A DNA stretch of 64,000 bases from a virus, in the IMG/VR virus record IMGVR_UViG_3300030419_005541, positions 62,523-126,522 of that record. One strand, given 5' to 3'. The notes under the pieces are model-generated. The model made no database searches. It worked only from the letters and a program-made list of their open reading frames with translations, and was not told the origin of the DNA. Both the position numbers and the translations under genes were made by a program. Positions 60,213 to 64,000 of this stretch are shown piece after piece (the first letter of the stretch is position 1; each line of letters starts with the position of its first letter).

Positions 60213-60486
60213 CGAAACAACGTTCTCAGAAGAAGAACTAAAACAAATAAACGAAGTTGCAGACACTTATAATTCTTTACAAACAGAATTAGGAAATCTT
60301 AGTGTACAGAAAATTTTAGTAGACGACAGAATACTCGCTATTCAAGATAGAGAAGCTGAAATTAGAAAAGAATGGAAAAAGAACCAAGTTACTGAAGGAG
60401 ATTTAGTAAAAACTCTTAGTGAAAAGTATGGCGAAGGCACACTTGACCCTAAAACGGGTAATTTTGTACCTGTAGAGAAAAAATAA
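60205..60486 (+). CDS. Small coiled-coil hypothetical protein
   Basis: AAGGAG SD; ends 'EKYGEGTLDPKTGNF'. Confidence 0.55.
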   Translation: MANETTFSEEELKQINEVADTYNSLQTELGNLSVQKILVDDRILAIQDREAEIRKEWKKNQVTEGDLVKTLSEKYGEGTLDPKTGNFVPVEKK

Positions 60487-60520
60487 CACTATAAATATAA
60501 CGTTTGAGATTTTTCTCAAC

Positions 60521-60528
60521 TATTTATA
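60521..60528 (+). promoter_or_regulatory. TATTTATA late-promoter-like motif
   Basis: Upstream of the sheath gene. Confidence 0.6.
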
Positions 60529-60565
60529 TATGTTTAACAATAACCTTATTTCATAGGAGAATAAA

Positions 60566-62983
60566 ATGGCAGAAAGAATTGTAAGCCCCGGTGTATTTAC
60601 CGAGGAAAAAGATTTATCATTCTTGCCGCAGGGTATTGCAGAGATTGGACCTGCAATTATCGGTCCAACTTTAAGAGGCCCCGCATTTACTCCAACGGTA
60701 ATCACAAGTTCTGACGACTTTATAAAGAAGTTTGGACCAATTGGCGGTAAACTACCATATTATGCAGGCATTACAGCACAACGTATGCTTGATAATGGTG
60801 CCCCAAGTGTTACTATCGTTAGAGTATTAGGCATAGGAGGATATTCCGTTGATGCAGTCAACATAAGTGTTAAAGCTGGCGAAGAAAACGCGGGTAAAGT
60901 TTTAGCAACTTTAGCACCATCTAATAAAGCAGGTGCGGGTACAGGAGATTTAAGTGCAACTAAAGTAGGTCAGTTAGCAGCCCACTCGCAGAGTGCAGGA
61001 ATAGTATCAGGTTCCGGAGATATACGATTGTTTATTTCAGGTTCTGATGTAGCACAAGAAATCGTACAAGGATTCCGTGTAGATGGTGGTACAAATTCTG
61101 TATCTGATGACGCACAAGACACTAACTTTTCAGCATATGTGTATAAAAACTATAACTCAGCAGGTGATGTAATTGCGAGTATGAATGCTACTGCATCTGT
61201 ATCTCATTCTTATCACACTCTTGATTTTTCAGGCGGTTCACAATCTTATGGTGCAAATGGAAATGCAGGAACTTGGACAGGTAATAGTTCTTACTCTGTA
61301 GCAAGAACACCTTATATCCAATCACAGAAGTTTGGAAGCGCAAGAAAGAATCTATTTAGAGTTTACACACGTGGCTATGGTAATGAGATGAATAAAAATT
61401 ATCACATTGCTATTCAAAATATTAAAGCCGCATCTAATTCAAATGTAGCACCTGGATATGCTCAGTTTGATTTGGTTGTTTTCCAATATAACGCAGACCA
61501 AAATAGCTATACGTCAATAGAGACTTTTTCAGCTCTAAGTTTTGACCCTGAAAGTAATAGCTATATTGTTAATCAGATTGGTGATGGATTTGAAGTTTGT
61601 GATTCAAATGGTAATCTTACAAAATATGGTCTATATGGAAATAAGTCTGATATCATTCGTATAGGTGATTACACTTTATTGCCTTCCGTTGATAAGTCAA
61701 CCGCACCTATGGGTTGTGGCGCTGTTCAAAATCCAGGACCTGGTGGAATAAACGTACCTGTTGCTTCATTAGTAACAAGTGCTGATACAGATGGTCAATT
61801 TGATGCAGGTAAGTATTATGGATTTGATTTCAATACTGCTCATCATTTGAATCAACAATATTTAGCACCTATTCCTGCAACAGCAACTGCTGGAGCTAAC
61901 ACATCAATGTCTCTTGAAGATATGACAGGTACTGCACAAAGCGGATTAACAGGATATGCTGATAGTTCTACAAAGTTAAGTTTAGGTTCAGGAACTAATG
62001 TAAATCAGCGTAAATTTAAAGTTCCATTTCAGTGGGGCTTTGATGGTGAGAATCCTGCGCGTAACATATACTTTAATGGTGACATTGTATCAACTAACCA
62101 ACAGGGTTTTGATTGTTCAACATCAACCTCAAGTGGTTCAGTTGCTTATAATCAGGCATTAGGTACAATTAAAGACCCGGATTTTGTTGATATCAATATG
62201 ATATTAACACCAGGTATTATACACGAATATCATCCTGTTGTTAGTAATAGAGCTAAGAGTATAGTTAAGAATCGTGGAGATGCTTTCTATATTATGGATG
62301 GTTCACGTTGGGGAGCATCAGTTAGTAATGCTGTATCTAACGTAGCAGGTGTAGATAACAATTATGTTGCTACTTACTTTCCTTGGGTTAGAATACTTAA
62401 TCCAGGAGGCGGTGCTCAGATTTGGGTTCCACCATCAGTAGTAATGGCAGGTGCTTATGCGAACAACGATAGTATCGGACAAGAGTGGTTTGCTCCCGCA
62501 GGTCTGAATCGTGGTTTGATAGCGGCACAGGATGTTAAGAAAATCTTAACACATACAGACAGAGATGAATTGTATGATGGTAGAGTTAATCCAATTGCTT
62601 CTTTCCCAGGACAGGGTATTGTAGCATTTGGTCAAAAAACTCTACAAGCAAGACCATCTGCTCTTGATAGAGTTAATGTTCGTAGATTGTTAATTAACTT
62701 GAAGAAGTTTATTGCATCATCTTCAAGATTCTTAGTATTCGAACAAAATACTGCGGCAACAAGAAATCGTTTCTTGAACATTGTCAATCCTTATATGGAA
62801 TCAGTACAACAACGTTCAGGTCTTTCGGCTTTCAGAGTAGTAATGGATGACTCCAATAATACTCCTGAAGTAGTAGATAGAAACCAATTAGTTGGTCAAA
62901 TCTTCGTACAGCCTACAAGAACTGCTGAGTTTATTGTACTTGACTTTGTTGTTCTGCCGACAGGAGCGGCATTCCCGGAGTAA
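60566..62983 (+). CDS. Tail sheath protein (T4 gp18-like)
   Basis: 'SPGVFTEEKD', 'WFAPAGLNRG', 'GQKTLQ', 'RVNVRRL' and 'FEQN...P.RTAEFI'. Confidence 0.95.
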   Translation: MAERIVSPGVFTEEKDLSFLPQGIAEIGPAIIGPTLRGPAFTPTVITSSDDFIKKFGPIGGKLPYYAGITAQRMLDNGAPSVTIVRVLGIGGYSVDAVNISVKAGEENAGKVLATLAPSNKAGAGTGDLSATKVGQLAAHSQSAGIVSGSGDIRLFISGSDVAQEIVQGFRVDGGTNSVSDDAQDTNFSAYVYKNYNSAGDVIASMNATASVSHSYHTLDFSGGSQSYGANGNAGTWTGNSSYSVARTPYIQSQKFGSARKNLFRVYTRGYGNEMNKNYHIAIQNIKAASNSNVAPGYAQFDLVVFQYNADQNSYTSIETFSALSFDPESNSYIVNQIGDGFEVCDSNGNLTKYGLYGNKSDIIRIGDYTLLPSVDKSTAPMGCGAVQNPGPGGINVPVASLVTSADTDGQFDAGKYYGFDFNTAHHLNQQYLAPIPATATAGANTSMSLEDMTGTAQSGLTGYADSSTKLSLGSGTNVNQRKFKVPFQWGFDGENPARNIYFNGDIVSTNQQGFDCSTSTSSGSVAYNQALGTIKDPDFVDINMILTPGIIHEYHPVVSNRAKSIVKNRGDAFYIMDGSRWGASVSNAVSNVAGVDNNYVATYFPWVRILNPGGGAQIWVPPSVVMAGAYANNDSIGQEWFAPAGLNRGLIAAQDVKKILTHTDRDELYDGRVNPIASFPGQGIVAFGQKTLQARPSALDRVNVRRLLINLKKFIASSSRFLVFEQNTAATRNRFLNIVNPYMESVQQRSGLSAFRVVMDDSNNTPEVVDRNQLVGQIFVQPTRTAEFIVLDFVVLPTGAAFPE

Positions 62984-63002
62984 AGGGAGGTCAATAGAAT
63001 TG

Positions 63003-63030
63003 AGGGGCTCATAAAGAGCCCCTTTTTTCT
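63003..63030 (+). terminator. Rho-independent terminator after the sheath gene
   Basis: AGGGGCTC-ATAAA-GAGCCCCT followed by a T-tract. Confidence 0.85.
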
Positions 63031-63101
63031 TGGAATATAAAACTAAGAAAAAACTAAGAAAAAAGAAATAGATTCTTTTAAACGATTTTATAGTTTCTGT
63101 A

Positions 63102-63109
63102 TATTTATA
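63102..63109 (+). promoter_or_regulatory. TATTTATA late-promoter-like motif
   Basis: Between the terminator and the tube gene. Confidence 0.6.
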
Positions 63110-63142
63110 ATAGAACAATAAAACATTAACAGGAGAAAAAAG

Positions 63143-63631
63143 ATGCCTGATTTGATTGGAGCTAACGAAATATTTTTTACACCTTTCGAGCCTAAAACGA
63201 AAAATCGTTTTATCATGGAAATAGAAGGTGTACCGAGTTTCTTAATTAGAGCGGCTAATAGACCATCAATAGAATTTGAAGAAATTGAATTAAATCATAT
63301 CAATGTTAAAAGATATGTTAAAGGTAAGGCTTCTTGGCAACCTTTAGATATTACTCTTTATGACCCAATCGTACCAAGTGGTGCTCAAGCAGTAATTGAG
63401 TGGATTAGACTTGGACACGAATCAGTAACAGGAAGAGACGGATACTCTGACTTCTATAAAAAGAATGTGACATTCCAATTACTTGGACCTGTTGGTGATG
63501 TTGTTGAAAAATGGGACCTAAAAGGTGCTTATATATCATCTGCAAATTTTGGAGATTTGGATTGGTCAGTTAGTGAACCTGTAGACATAACTTGTACATT
63601 ACGTTATGACTACGCAGTATTACAATTCTAA
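63143..63631 (+). CDS. Tail tube protein (T4 gp19-like)
   Basis: 'NRF', 'W..L.IT.YD' and 'W.L.GA.......LDW......I..TL.YD'; it follows the sheath gene. Confidence 0.85.
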   Translation: MPDLIGANEIFFTPFEPKTKNRFIMEIEGVPSFLIRAANRPSIEFEEIELNHINVKRYVKGKASWQPLDITLYDPIVPSGAQAVIEWIRLGHESVTGRDGYSDFYKKNVTFQLLGPVGDVVEKWDLKGAYISSANFGDLDWSVSEPVDITCTLRYDYAVLQF

Positions 63632-63632
63632 T

Positions 63633-63842
63633 ATGAACTTTTTTAGAGAAATGCTTTCAAGTGATGCGAAGATATCGTCTAAACGATTTATAGGCTTCGC
63701 ATCATTTGTTATGTTAATAGCGAGTTGGGTTGCAAATACATTTTGGCAGTTCGAAGTAAAAGATATTATACTTGAGAACTTTATGTATATAACCGTAATT
63801 GGCTTAGGCGTAACTGCAGCAGAAAAATTTGGTCGTAAATAA
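63633..63842 (+). CDS. Small two-TM membrane protein (holin-like)
   Basis: 'SSKRFIG' followed by two hydrophobic helices and 'EKF'; ATG at 63633. Confidence 0.5.
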   Translation: MNFFREMLSSDAKISSKRFIGFASFVMLIASWVANTFWQFEVKDIILENFMYITVIGLGVTAAEKFGRK

Positions 63843-63880
63843 ATAGTTTTAATTTCTTAACTTAATAAGAGGTAATTGTT

Positions 63881-64000
63881 ATGAGTAAATTTCCTACAGA
63901 GGTAATAGATTTACCTTCTAAAGGATTAGTGTATCCTAAAGAACATCCACTATCGAGTGGACAAGTTGAAATCAAATATATGACAGCAAAAGAAGAAGAT
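63881..64000 (+). CDS. Baseplate hub protein (T4 gp26-like), 5' partial
   Basis: MSKFPTEVIDLPSKGLVYP...IKYMTAKEED matches the gp26-type 'LPS.G...(F/M)T.KEE' start. It runs off the window. Confidence 0.7.
   Translation, partial: MSKFPTEVIDLPSKGLVYPKEHPLSSGQVEIKYMTAKEED

Noticed and set aside
60490-60497. Canonical T4 late promoter TATAAATA on the plus strand
   Set aside because: This was the only intergenic occurrence I noticed in very AT-rich DNA; the recurrent motif is TATTTATA 30 nt downstream.
63038-63064. Short direct repeat AAAACTAAGAAA x2
   Set aside because: Two low-complexity copies only; no supportable function.
61-63118. Minus-strand and nested short ORFs in the track (e.g. 14241..14816, 34829..35461, 46556..47014)
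   Set aside because: They are shadows of long plus-strand genes with biased codons (e.g. poly-Ser opposite GAA repeats), with no SD or recognisable motifs.
1-64000. Stop-codon reassignment as in some large phages
   Set aside because: Core genes are full length in the standard code, and TAA, TAG and TGA all end genes at tight junctions.
1-64000. tRNA or rRNA genes
   Set aside because: Intergenic gaps are short and none shows a cloverleaf or T-loop consensus by eye; a tRNAscan run would confirm.

Overview
The window is a gene-dense, AT-rich, all-plus-strand segment of a large T4-like (contractile-tailed) bacteriophage genome, read in the standard code. It holds baseplate/fibre genes, an Hjc-like resolvase, primase and a fused Mre11-Rad50 (SbcD-SbcC) gene. 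It also has a 2199-aa tail fibre with an S74 chaperone, a tandem-Hint protein and a GH108 lysozyme. The head module comprises terminase, portal, prohead protease, ribosomal protein bS21, scaffold and major capsid protein, followed by neck, fibre, sheath, tube and hub genes. The standout is a 1990-aa Thr-rich protein (48468-54440) whose second half is a residue-class 'reverse complement' of its first half. By my manual count, about 176 consecutive anchor pairs obey aromatic (Y/F) versus K/R/L at i+j=2001, centred on the only Pro-containing turn (DPRSGG). This suggests a single giant antiparallel beta-hairpin filament. It is directly followed by a Kdo-synthesis and glycosyltransferase cluster. 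Other observations are a shared N-terminal capsid-targeting-like motif and Glu-terminated linkers on enzyme-bearing proteins, a TATTTATA late-promoter-like motif, and a candidate three-way-junction RNA. All product calls come from motif recognition by eye; no database searches were run.
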